Shown here one piece after another: positions 35,698 to 44,930 of a stretch of DNA of 64,000 nucleotides (the stretch's first letter is position 1; each line of letters opens with the position of its first letter). Origin of the DNA: an uncultured Actinomycetes bacterium (lineage in GTDB: Bacteria > Actinomycetota > Acidimicrobiia > Acidimicrobiales > RAAP-2); assembly GCA_903860745.1 (NCBI GenBank), contig CAIORQ010000026.1, positions 25,825 to 89,824 on the forward strand, given 5' to 3'. Under the pieces are notes generated by a model. It saw only the letters and a list, made by a program, of their open reading frames with translations, searched no databases and was not told the DNA's origin. Made by a program: the position numbers and the translations under genes.

Positions 35698-37169
35698 CTA
35701 GAGCTTCGTGGGTCCCTGTTCGGCCTCCGCCAACTCCGAGAAATCGGTCAGGCCGGTCGGTGCCGCCTTCAGGGCGAAGGACACCGCCACGCCGATGATC
35801 AAGATGACGATGCCCGTGAACGGCGCCCACTTGGTGGGCGCCGCCACCTTGTAGATCGCACCGTAGATCGCAGCGATCGTGACGAGGACCCCCACCAGGC
35901 TCGCGAGATAGACCGCCCACATCTTGGGGTGGCCCCGAAGCCCGCGCAGGGCGCCGACGGAGATCATGAGGTAAATCACCACGATGGCGAAGCCGCCGTA
36001 GGTCGACATCCACGAGAACATGGACACGTACTCGGGGTCTTGGGCAGGGCGAACCAGGTGGACCACTGCACGCCGGCGATGATCACGACGTAGACCAGCA
36101 GGACGAAGTTGGATCCGCCGAAGGGGGTCCCACGTCGCGACACCCCCGACAAGGCCTTGGGCAGACGCTCGTCGCGGGCCAGGGCGAAGACGCCGCGCGC
36201 GGCCGAGACCGCGCAGCCGATGAGTACCGCCAACATGTCGAGGACGACCACCAGCTCGACCAGTCGGCGCAGCGCCACGCCGCCGAAGCCCCCGCCCGAC
36301 GCCGGGCCGGCCAGGGCAAAGAGCGGGCCACCGGCGTTGGGCGCCATGGCCTTGAGCGAGAAGTGGAAGCCCGCCACCTGGGAGAAGGACCCGATGATGT
36401 AGAACGCCGTCACCGCCAGCACCGCCGTCAACACGGCGCGCGGGATGTTCTTCTCGGGCCGATCGGTCTCCTCCCCGAGGTTGGCCGCGGTCTCGAAGCC
36501 CGTGAATAGCAGGACACCATAGAGGACGCCGAAGAAGACGCCCTTCCAGCCCGACGGAGAGCCCGACGGCGAGAAGCCGCTCGAGACGTGGTGAAGACCG
36601 CCCGAGCGGAAGATGACCACGATGGAGAAGATGCCCACCACGGTGAAGGAGATCAGCGCCAGCACCAGCTGCGTGCGCGTCGACAGCGCGACGCCGAAGT
36701 GGATCACCGCGCCCACGATCACGAGCAGGAGGATGTCCCAGCCCAGGTACGGCAGCGGTGTCACGTTGAACTCGCCCTGCAGGGTGTCGTGGATGGTCCC
36801 GCCGATCATCGGCAGGATCCCCGCGCCGAGGGCGATGATGCCCGTGTAGTAGAGCCACCCCGACGCCGAACCGAGACGACCTCCGAGGCCGTCGGTGACG
36901 TAGCTGTAGAGCGAGCCCGCGGCCTGGATCTTCTTGGAGTACTCGGCGATGATCCAGCCCAGCCCGAGGACCCCCACGGCGGCGATGACGACCGCCAGCG
37001 GCGCCGCGTTGCCGGCGCCGTTGCCCGTCGCCGACACGATGCCCACGACGAGTGGCACGAGGAAGGCGATCGAGAACACCGGCCCCATCAATCCGACCGA
37101 CTGGGCCGTGGCGTCGATCAGGGTGAGCTTCTTTGCTCCGCCCAAGGACGTGCGTGACTTCTCTGCCAT
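35698..37169 (-). pseudogene. APC-family amino-acid/polyamine permease interrupted by a 1-nt frameshift
   Basis: The N-terminal ~375 codons (ORF 35976..37169) and the C-terminal ~110 codons (tail of ORF 35698..36858) are both permease-like, but in different frames. They join at ...WFALPK / PEYVSMFSW... near 36028-36050. Total length is 1472 nt, which is 3n-1. Confidence 0.75.
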
Positions 37170-37343
37170 GTAGATCTCCCCCTAGAAACTACGACGATGC
37201 CCTCTTCGAAAAAAGTTCTCTCCACCGTAAGGGAGCAAACGATTCAAGTCAAGGACCACACCAAAGATTCGGTGAAGCGAGAAGCCGCTGCGACGCTCGA
37301 AGCACGTCAGCGGCCCCGAGACGACACCCGTCGAGCCAGGTCG

Positions 37344-38066
37344 TCAGTCCCGGACCTCAATGGCCGTCTGGACCAGCCAGGTGAAGGTCGGGTCGGGGGC
37401 GGGCAGGAGTTCGGGGTGCCACTGCACCGCCAACACCGCGTTGTCCAGGGTGGAGAAGGCCTCGACGACCCCGTCGGACGCCGTCGCGCCGACGACCAGG
37501 CCCTCGCCCAGGGTCTCGAGGGTCTGGTGGTGCAGGGAGTTGACCCGCAAGTCGCCACCCACCACTCGCGCGATCAAGGACGTCGCGCGGCAACTCACGT
37601 CGTGGGTCGTCTCTCGTCCGTCGACCTCCCACTGGGGGTGCCCCGCACCCTCGTCGAGCTCCACGTGCTGGTTCAGCGTCCCTCCGTGGGCCACGTTGAC
37701 GAGCTGAAAGCCGCGACAGATGGCCAGGACGGGGATCCCCTTGGCCCGGGCCGCGTGGTAGAGGGCGAACTCCCACCGGTCGCGCTCGGGCTCGGTCTCG
37801 CCGAGTTCCTCGTGGGGCGTCGCGTCGTAGTGAGCCGGTTCCAGGTCCGCCCCCCCGCTGAGCACCAGACCGTCGAGGTGCGCCACGATCCCCTCGACGT
37901 CGGCGTCACGCGTCAACTCGACGGGAAGTCCTCCGGCCAGGGCCACGGATCGGCCGTAGTCGGCGAAGTGCAGGTCGAAGAAGAGATCCGACATCGCCGC
38001 GGGCACGAAGGTCCCCAGACGGTAGGCGGGCCACCGTCGTCCCGACAGTCCAATCAGGGGTCGCAT
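37344..38066 (-). CDS. class-I glutamine amidotransferase, peptidase C26 (gamma-glutamyl-GABA hydrolase PuuD-like)
   Basis: Nucleophile elbow ICRGFQLVNVAHGGTL and the C-terminal QWHPE motif. Confidence 0.85.
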   Translation of the reverse strand: MRPLIGLSGRRWPAYRLGTFVPAAMSDLFFDLHFADYGRSVALAGGLPVELTRDADVEGIVAHLDGLVLSGGADLEPAHYDATPHEELGETEPERDRWEFALYHAARAKGIPVLAICRGFQLVNVAHGGTLNQHVELDEGAGHPQWEVDGRETTHDVSCRATSLIARVVGGDLRVNSLHHQTLETLGEGLVVGATASDGVVEAFSTLDNAVLAVQWHPELLPAPDPTFTWLVQTAIEVRD

Positions 38067-38155
38067 CCCGCGATTCTACGCGCGACACCCTCCGGACGTG
38101 CTACAAATCGTTTGGCCACAAACAAGGGGCCGAGGTGATTGGGGGAACACGCCAC

Positions 38156-39397
38156 ATGGAGAACTTCGCCGCGACTCTGACTTCGCACGATGCCTACCTC
38201 AACGGAGTGCCGCACGAGATCTTCAAGGAGTTGCGCGCCCACCAGCCGGTCGCTTGGACCGAGGAGCCCGACGGCCGCGGGTTCTGGAGCATCACCAAGT
38301 ACGACGACGTCCTCTACGCCAGCCGTCACGCCGAGATCTTCTCGAGTCGCCAGGGCATCCGCATGGAGGACATGTCCGAGGAGGAGACCGAGGCCCGTCG
38401 CACCTTGATGGAGATGGACTCCCCCGAACACACCCGGTTGCGTCGATTGGTGGCGCGCCCCTTCACGCCGCGCGCCGTGGCGGATTACGAGGACGCCATC
38501 CGCGAGCTCTCTCGCGAGGTCCTCGCCAACCTCGGGGGGGCCGAGGAGTTCGACTTCGTGAAACTCGTCGCCCGCGAGCTGCCCATGAAGATGCTGGGCC
38601 GTCTCCTGGGCCTGCCCGACGAGGACCTCGACTGGCTGGTGAGCCGCGGCGACGCGCTCATCGGCAACACCGACCCGGAGTTCACCGACTACGTGGTGGA
38701 CCAGACCGACACCAGCGCCTACCGACTCCTGCCCTTTCGCAGTCCCGTCGCCCTCGAGTTGTTCGAATACGCCCAAGCCGCCCTCGACGCACGACGTCTC
38801 AACCCGACCCACGACGTGATCACGGCCTTGTTGCAACCCAACAACGAGGGCGACAGCCTCGACGACACGGCCTTGAAGAACTTCTTCACCCTGATGGTGG
38901 CGGCGGGCAACGACACGACGCGCTACACCATGGTCGCCGGCGCCCAGGTGTTCATCGAACGCCCCGAGCTCTTCGCATCGATACCCTCCCTGGACGTGGC
39001 GCAGATGAAGTCGCTGGTCGACGAGATCCTGCGGTGGTCCACCACCACAATGCACTTCCGTCGCACGGTGACCGAGGACACCGAGCTGCGCGGCCAGCAA
39101 CTGAAGAAGGGTGACAAGGTCGTCCTCTGGTACGCCTCGGCCAACTACGACGAGGAGCACTTCGAGAACCCCTACGAGTTCGTCCCGGACCGGACGCCCA
39201 ACGACCACACGGCCTTCGGACTGCACAGCGCCCACCTGTGCCTCGGCGCCCACCTGGCGCGCCTGGAGCTGCGCGTCATGTTCGAGGAGATGGCCCGCGC
39301 CTGGTCGTCGATCGAGCTGGCCGGCCCCACGGAACGACTTCGCTCCAACTTCATCTCGGGCACCAAGCGCCTGCCGATACTGGTCACCTGGCGCTAA
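38156..39397 (+). CDS. cytochrome P450
   Basis: EXXR (EILRW) and heme-thiolate loop FGLHSAHLCLGAHLAR. FWSITKYDDV N-terminal region. ATG 38156 (the ORF opens at GTG 38135). Confidence 0.9.
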   Translation: MENFAATLTSHDAYLNGVPHEIFKELRAHQPVAWTEEPDGRGFWSITKYDDVLYASRHAEIFSSRQGIRMEDMSEEETEARRTLMEMDSPEHTRLRRLVARPFTPRAVADYEDAIRELSREVLANLGGAEEFDFVKLVARELPMKMLGRLLGLPDEDLDWLVSRGDALIGNTDPEFTDYVVDQTDTSAYRLLPFRSPVALELFEYAQAALDARRLNPTHDVITALLQPNNEGDSLDDTALKNFFTLMVAAGNDTTRYTMVAGAQVFIERPELFASIPSLDVAQMKSLVDEILRWSTTTMHFRRTVTEDTELRGQQLKKGDKVVLWYASANYDEEHFENPYEFVPDRTPNDHTAFGLHSAHLCLGAHLARLELRVMFEEMARAWSSIELAGPTERLRSNFISGTKRLPILVTWR

Positions 39398-39398
39398 G

Positions 39399-40913
39399 TC
39401 ATTGGACCGGTCTCGCGTCCTCACCGGACGCGGGCCTCGAGCGGCGTTCGAAGTACCAGCGAAGCCAGAAGGTCGCGCCACCGAAGAGGACGAACAGCGC
39501 GATCACCGTCTCGATCGGGGCGTGCCCGGGGTGAGTCGGTCCCGCGGAGGGCCGTAACTCCACCTCGATCAACAAGAACGTGGCCACGAAGAAGATCGCG
39601 GCCCATACGCCGCGATGCCAGCTCGCGATGACCTTGCCCGGCAGGAAGTCGATGGGGATGAGCGAGATGACCGAGCCCACCAGACCTCCGACGAAGATCG
39701 AACCCAGGACGTCGTCACCGACCACCACCGCGACGTTGGTGCCGTGGCGGTGGGCCAGGGCGTTGACGGGCAGCCAGAGGAACCAGGCCAACACTGCGAC
39801 GACCATCGTGGAGCCCACCGAGATGGCCGTCAGGTGCGCACCCTGGCGCTCCTTCAGAGGTCCCGCGAAGGAGACGCCGACCACCACGCCGTAGAGGTAG
39901 CCGGGTTCGAAGTTGGACAAGCGCGACACCGCCACGCAGAGCGCGGCGATGGCCAGGCCCAGTGGCAGGGCCTGCAGGTAGGTGTCGGTGGCGTAGCCGT
40001 GGTAGCGACGAAAGAGTCGCGCCACGAACCACGCCAGGACCGCTCCGACGCTGAAGGCGATCAAGGTGGCCACCAGCCCCTCGGCCGACGAGGCGTTCGG
40101 TCCGAAGCGGGGGTTCAACAGAGCTCCCATGACCGACCCGGCGAGCAGCACCAACGAGAAGACCAGGGGATTCACCCGACCCGGCGTCGTCGAATCGCGC
40201 CGAGGCACCTGCGCTGGCTTCGACGATTCACGCGCCCATGTCCACGGACGCCAAACACGGCGACGCCACTTCGCCAGGATCGACATGATCTCGTCGTAAT
40301 TGGCTTGGAAGGTCCGGTTGAAGATGTTGGCTGGAAAGGTGATGAAGATGATGGCGACCACCGTCACCGCCGCGTTGATGAGGTTGTGTCTCATCGAATG
40401 AAAGACCTGTGAGGGCGTCGAGATCGTGGAACTGATCGGTGCCACGTCGGTCGCCGTGGACCCAGGACTGGCGGACAAGCTGACCAGGGTGGCCGTGAAG
40501 GTGCCCGACTGGTTCTGATTACTGGTCCAGGTACCAGTGATGAGTGCACCGCTCACGATGCCCACGAAGGTCGCCACGTAGGTGCTGTCAAGGTACGTCG
40601 TGGTGATCGTGGCCCGGTCCCCCACGAGAGAGTTGGTGATGGTGGCGAAGGAATTACCGCTCGGCTCGATCCCCCGACCGGTGGCACCGTCGATGACGAA
40701 GATCTGCTGGCCCGCGCCACCCTGGCCACAACAGTCCCAGGTGCCAGTGAGCGACGTCAGCCCCGCACTGTCGAGGGCGCCCGAAGCGGTGCGCGACGAG
40801 GCGCCCACGGGCGACGTCACCAGGACCGCCGTCATCAGCGCCACGAACACGCCAATCACCGCGAGCCTGACGCATCGCGTGAGGCCCGCGATGACCGACG
40901 ATGGAAGACTCAT
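39399..40913 (-). CDS. multi-pass membrane protein with N-terminal secreted beta-rich domain (family uncertain)
   Basis: Signal/anchor, then a Thr/Gly-rich ~130-aa ectodomain containing GTWDCCGQGG, then about 8 TM helices. ATG 40913 after GGGGAG (the ORF opens at GTG 40934). Confidence 0.65.
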   Translation of the reverse strand: MSLPSSVIAGLTRCVRLAVIGVFVALMTAVLVTSPVGASSRTASGALDSAGLTSLTGTWDCCGQGGAGQQIFVIDGATGRGIEPSGNSFATITNSLVGDRATITTTYLDSTYVATFVGIVSGALITGTWTSNQNQSGTFTATLVSLSASPGSTATDVAPISSTISTPSQVFHSMRHNLINAAVTVVAIIFITFPANIFNRTFQANYDEIMSILAKWRRRVWRPWTWARESSKPAQVPRRDSTTPGRVNPLVFSLVLLAGSVMGALLNPRFGPNASSAEGLVATLIAFSVGAVLAWFVARLFRRYHGYATDTYLQALPLGLAIAALCVAVSRLSNFEPGYLYGVVVGVSFAGPLKERQGAHLTAISVGSTMVVAVLAWFLWLPVNALAHRHGTNVAVVVGDDVLGSIFVGGLVGSVISLIPIDFLPGKVIASWHRGVWAAIFFVATFLLIEVELRPSAGPTHPGHAPIETVIALFVLFGGATFWLRWYFERRSRPASGEDARPVQ

Positions 40914-40962
40914 GGCGCTCCCCGGGAATTTCACCAGAGTCTAGACAGGGGGCCCGGTGGGC

Positions 40963-42549
40963 TCAAGGGCTGCCGGCGGGATGGGGCCCGGGCCGGTAGC
41001 GCTCGTAGAGGACGAGCCCACCACTGCGCGCCTTGACGTAGTAGGCCGACGAGATCGACGCGAAGATGTCGGCGTTGTCGTCGACGCCGAGGTTGGCCGG
41101 CAGGATCAGGTAGGTCACGCTGAACGGCGGGGGCAGGGTCTCGGCGGCGGTCGAAGGAATCCCCCAGTTCGACGTGGTGAAGGGGGCAGGCCAGACGTAG
41201 ATGTGTTGACGATGGTCGATGTGCGACACCAGAGGGTATTGCGCCGACACCGAGGCGTCGGCCGGCAGGTCCGTCACGAGGTGGTTCATGGCCGCGGCGA
41301 CGATGGCTCCGGCCGCGTCGTCGATCGGCTCGGGATGGCTCGAGAAGGGCGCCAGCCCCCACCACACGCACGACACCAACGCACAGGCCGCGGTCGAGGT
41401 CGTCAGGGCTCGTCGCACCGACGCGAGACGCTGACGACCAATGGCCCAGGCCGACGCGATCACCAAGACCGGGACGATACGCAGCGAGTAGTGATAGAAG
41501 ATCTGGTGCATGTAGGGGTCCACGCTCAAGACGTTCTCGGCCACCGCCAAGAGCGCCAGCCACGCCATCCCCGGCGCGAGGAGGAAGACCCAGCCCGCCG
41601 ACAGGCCCATCTGACACAGGTAGAAGAGCCGGCCCTGGCTGTGCACGAGTCGCCAGACCTGCAGAGGACTGGTGACCAGGGTCTTGAGAAAGCCCGATAC
41701 GCCACCGAAGGGAATGCGCCCCGAGTACAGCGTCGGTCCCCCGAGGAAGGCGGGGATGACCCACTCGTTGGCCACCACGGCGTAGGCCACGCCGGTCCCG
41801 ACGAGCGCCGCCCCCCAGCGCCAGTTACGGCGAGCGGCCACCCAGATGCCCAAGGGCACGACGAGCACGACGGCGTCCTCCTTGGTCAAGAGGGTCAGCG
41901 CCACCGTCACCGCCAAGAGCCAGCCGCGCGATTCGATGGCCGCGTAGATCGCCAGGGTCCACACCAGGACCTGGAGACCCTCGGGGTGGAACTGTTCCAG
42001 GTTCACCTGCTGCAGAGCCGGGCTCAGGAGGTAGACCGCGCCCATGGTCGTCGCGATGACGACGCTGCGCGTGAGGCGTCGGGCGATCGCGAAGATCGGC
42101 AGCGCGGTCGCGCCGATCGCCAGGGTCTGGATCACGAGGATACCCTGGGGCTCGGGCAGGAGCCGGTAGATCGGCACCAGGAACAACAAGATGAAGCTGG
42201 TGTGGTCCCCGAAGAGGTTGCGCCCCATGATGGTCACGAAGGGGGCGTGCAGGTGGCTCAGCAGCCACAGGCCCTGATCGAAGATGGCCAGATCGAAGGG
42301 CGGATAGTTGTACGTGGCGTACAGACGCAGGGATTCGTACGAGAAGTAGCCGACGTAGAGCGCGACCAGCACCAAGATCGGCAGTCGCTGCACCCAGGTG
42401 ATCTCTTCGAGGGCCTCCGGCTCCCTCAGCGGCGCGATCGCCGATCGGGGCCGCTCGCGACGGGGCCAGGCGACGACTTCGACGTCACCGGACCACGAGC
42501 CCTCCGTTCCCCCATCGCTCCGGGGTTGAGAGTCGTCCTGATCCACCAC
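40963..42549 (-). CDS. DUF2079-type integral membrane protein (GT-C-like)
   Basis: PFDLAIFDQGLWLLSH...GDHTSFILLFLVPIYRL matches the DUF2079 N-terminal signature. More than 10 TM helices plus a C-terminal soluble domain. Confidence 0.7.
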   Translation of the reverse strand: MVDQDDSQPRSDGGTEGSWSGDVEVVAWPRRERPRSAIAPLREPEALEEITWVQRLPILVLVALYVGYFSYESLRLYATYNYPPFDLAIFDQGLWLLSHLHAPFVTIMGRNLFGDHTSFILLFLVPIYRLLPEPQGILVIQTLAIGATALPIFAIARRLTRSVVIATTMGAVYLLSPALQQVNLEQFHPEGLQVLVWTLAIYAAIESRGWLLAVTVALTLLTKEDAVVLVVPLGIWVAARRNWRWGAALVGTGVAYAVVANEWVIPAFLGGPTLYSGRIPFGGVSGFLKTLVTSPLQVWRLVHSQGRLFYLCQMGLSAGWVFLLAPGMAWLALLAVAENVLSVDPYMHQIFYHYSLRIVPVLVIASAWAIGRQRLASVRRALTTSTAACALVSCVWWGLAPFSSHPEPIDDAAGAIVAAAMNHLVTDLPADASVSAQYPLVSHIDHRQHIYVWPAPFTTSNWGIPSTAAETLPPPFSVTYLILPANLGVDDNADIFASISSAYYVKARSGGLVLYERYRPGPHPAGSP

Positions 42550-42639
42550 ACACCCTTCGCGTCGCCACGAACCCGCTCCCCTTCACTGTAGCCACGCCAC
42601 CCGACGCCGGGGCCCGGACGTACGCGGGTCGCGCGGGGA

Positions 42640-43929
42640 CTAGAGGAAGGGCAGGTACTCGCGAAGCTCCCAGTCGGTCGTGGCCGAGAGGTAGCGGTCC
42701 CACTCGGTGCGCTTCACCGACAGGTGCTGGGACACGAGGTCCGCCCCGAGGGCCGCCACCAACTCGGCATCGGCCTCCAGGACGTCGAGGGCCGCGCCGA
42801 GCGTGGGCGGGACGCCGATCGTGGCGTCGATGCTGTCCAGACCGTTGCCGCCCTCGGCCGGTCCGAGCACCAACTGGTTGACGTGACCCAGACGAGCGGC
42901 CTGCAAGACGGCGGCCATGGCCGAGTGCACCACGGCGGCCCCATCGCTCAAGCGGTGCTCGAGACGCGCCGGGGCACCGCGCTCGGGCGGGATGCGCACG
43001 GTGGCGCCGCGGTGGTCGTGCCCCCAGTTCGCCCAGTAGCCCGACAGCGAGGCCGGCCGCAGGCGCTTGTAGGCGTTGACGGTGGGCGCGCAGATCCCGG
43101 CGAGGGCCTGGTGGTGGGCGAGCATGCCCGCCACCATCTGACGAGCGAGCAGGGAGATGCCGTCCTCGCTCGCCGGGTCGTTGATGACGTTGGTCTCGTC
43201 GCGGTCGCGCAGGGACATGTTGAAGTGGAGCCCCGATCCCCCGCGGTCCGACAAGGGCTTGCCCATGAAGGTCAACAGCAGGCCGAAACGGTGGGCCACC
43301 TCGCGCGCCAGCACCTTGAACAAGAAGCCCTCGTCGGCGGCGGTCAGGGCGTCGGCGTAGCGGAGGGTGAACTCGAACTGGGGTGAGTCGTACTCGGAGT
43401 TGACCGATTCGAGCGGGATCTCCGCGGCGTCGCAGGCCTGCCAGATCGCGTCGATCACGCCAAGGGGATCGACGGCAGGACCGGTGCCGTACACGTAGGC
43501 ACCGGGCGTGTCCAGGGGGCGCCAGCCACCCTGTCCGTCGGGAGCGAAGAGGTAGGCCTCGAACTCCATCCCGACGTAGGGACGATACCCCAGCGCCCCC
43601 CAGTCGGCGATCGCCTTGCGCAAGGCGCCGCGCGGTGAGACGGTGATGGGACCGGCGTGGTCCTTCAGGTCGGCCACCACGACGCGCGTCCCCGGCTCCC
43701 AGCCGGGGCGTATCGCGTCGAGTTCGTAGGTCGCCTCGAAGTCGGGCAGTCCGTCGTGCCAGTGCGACCCCGTCGTTTCGGGGGTCATCTGTCGGTCGTA
43801 ACCCAACGCCCATGTGCCCGTGCAGTGGCGCACGCCGTTGGCCGCGAGCTTGGCCGGCACGTACTTGCCACGCGCCAAACCCAGGTGGTCGGGCCATAGC
43901 ACGCGCAGTCGGTTGTAGTCCTCGCTCAT
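42640..43929 (-). CDS. glutamine-synthetase-family gamma-glutamyl ligase (GlnA3/PuuA-like)
   Basis: GS catalytic-domain motifs (FEYDSPQFEFTL-like SEYDSPQFEFTL, GSGLHFNMSL, NAYKRL). ATG 43929 after AGAGGGGGG. Confidence 0.88.
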   Translation of the reverse strand: MSEDYNRLRVLWPDHLGLARGKYVPAKLAANGVRHCTGTWALGYDRQMTPETTGSHWHDGLPDFEATYELDAIRPGWEPGTRVVVADLKDHAGPITVSPRGALRKAIADWGALGYRPYVGMEFEAYLFAPDGQGGWRPLDTPGAYVYGTGPAVDPLGVIDAIWQACDAAEIPLESVNSEYDSPQFEFTLRYADALTAADEGFLFKVLAREVAHRFGLLLTFMGKPLSDRGGSGLHFNMSLRDRDETNVINDPASEDGISLLARQMVAGMLAHHQALAGICAPTVNAYKRLRPASLSGYWANWGHDHRGATVRIPPERGAPARLEHRLSDGAAVVHSAMAAVLQAARLGHVNQLVLGPAEGGNGLDSIDATIGVPPTLGAALDVLEADAELVAALGADLVSQHLSVKRTEWDRYLSATTDWELREYLPFL

Positions 43930-44036
43930 GTTCCCCCCTCTGAACCCCACGAAACGTAACACGTCGTCGCGAATAGTGCTTCGATTTTCGGAGGGTCAGG
44001 TTATCATTTAGGCTCAAACGACCACGAGGGGGCCGT

Positions 44037-44930
44037 GTGGAACTTCGAAGAATCTTGCTGGACGGATATCCGACCCGGGTGGTGGTGGACGGTGACTCCC
44101 TGGTGGCGCGAGACGGCCGACGCGTCGAGGCCGCGGCGGCCACGCACCTCGCTCCCGTGACCCCCTCCAAGATCCTCTGCTGCCACCTGAACCACATCTC
44201 TCGGGTGCGCGAGTTCGGCATCGACCTGGCTCCCGCGCCCACCTACTTCCACAAGCCCGTCTCCGCCCTCAACGCCCACGGCGCGGCCGTCGTGCGTCCC
44301 TCCAACTGCCGCTACCTCAACTACGAGGGCGAGGTCGCCATCGTCATCGGTCGCAGCGCCCGCAACATCACGATGGCCGACGCCGTGCACTACATCGCGG
44401 GCTACACCATCGCCAACGACTACGGCCTGCACGACTTCCGCGACACCGACGCCGGCTCCATGCTGCGCGTCAAGGGCGCCGACACCCTGTGCCCGGTGGG
44501 CCCCGGGCTGGTGACCGACTGGGACTTCCGCAACAAGTCCCTGCGCACGAGCGTCAACGGCGTCGTGCGACAAGACGGCTCCACCGAGGAGATGGCCTGG
44601 GACATGTACTACCTGGTGGCCGACCTGGCCCGGCTCATCACCCTGGAGCCCGGCGACATCATCCTCTCGGGCACGCCAGCCGTCTCGCGTCCCGTCGAGC
44701 CCGGCGACGTGGTCTCGGTGGAGGTCGAGGGACTCGGCACCTTGACCAACCACATCGTCGAGGGCCCCGAGCCCGTCTCCGACGAGGTGGGCGCACAGCC
44801 CACCGCCACCGACGAGGTGCTCTCGACGGCGATGGGTGGTGACTGGGAGTTCCGCGGGCAGCGCCGACCGGAGCCCACGCCCAAGGACGCCCTTCCCTTC
44901 CCGCGGGTCAAGCCGAAGTTCCAGTCATGA
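44037..44930 (+). CDS. fumarylacetoacetate-hydrolase-family enzyme (HpaG/HpcE-like decarboxylase/isomerase)
   Basis: NYEGEVAIVIGRSARNI and GTPAVSRPVEPGDVV, FAH-fold signatures. GTG start. First gene of the hpa-type operon. Confidence 0.85.
   Translation: MELRRILLDGYPTRVVVDGDSLVARDGRRVEAAAATHLAPVTPSKILCCHLNHISRVREFGIDLAPAPTYFHKPVSALNAHGAAVVRPSNCRYLNYEGEVAIVIGRSARNITMADAVHYIAGYTIANDYGLHDFRDTDAGSMLRVKGADTLCPVGPGLVTDWDFRNKSLRTSVNGVVRQDGSTEEMAWDMYYLVADLARLITLEPGDIILSGTPAVSRPVEPGDVVSVEVEGLGTLTNHIVEGPEPVSDEVGAQPTATDEVLSTAMGGDWEFRGQRRPEPTPKDALPFPRVKPKFQS

Noticed and set aside
35976-36060. Programmed ribosomal frameshift in the permease
   Set aside because: No slippery heptamer or downstream structure is evident at the junction. 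A simple 1-nt deletion or sequencing error is more parsimonious.
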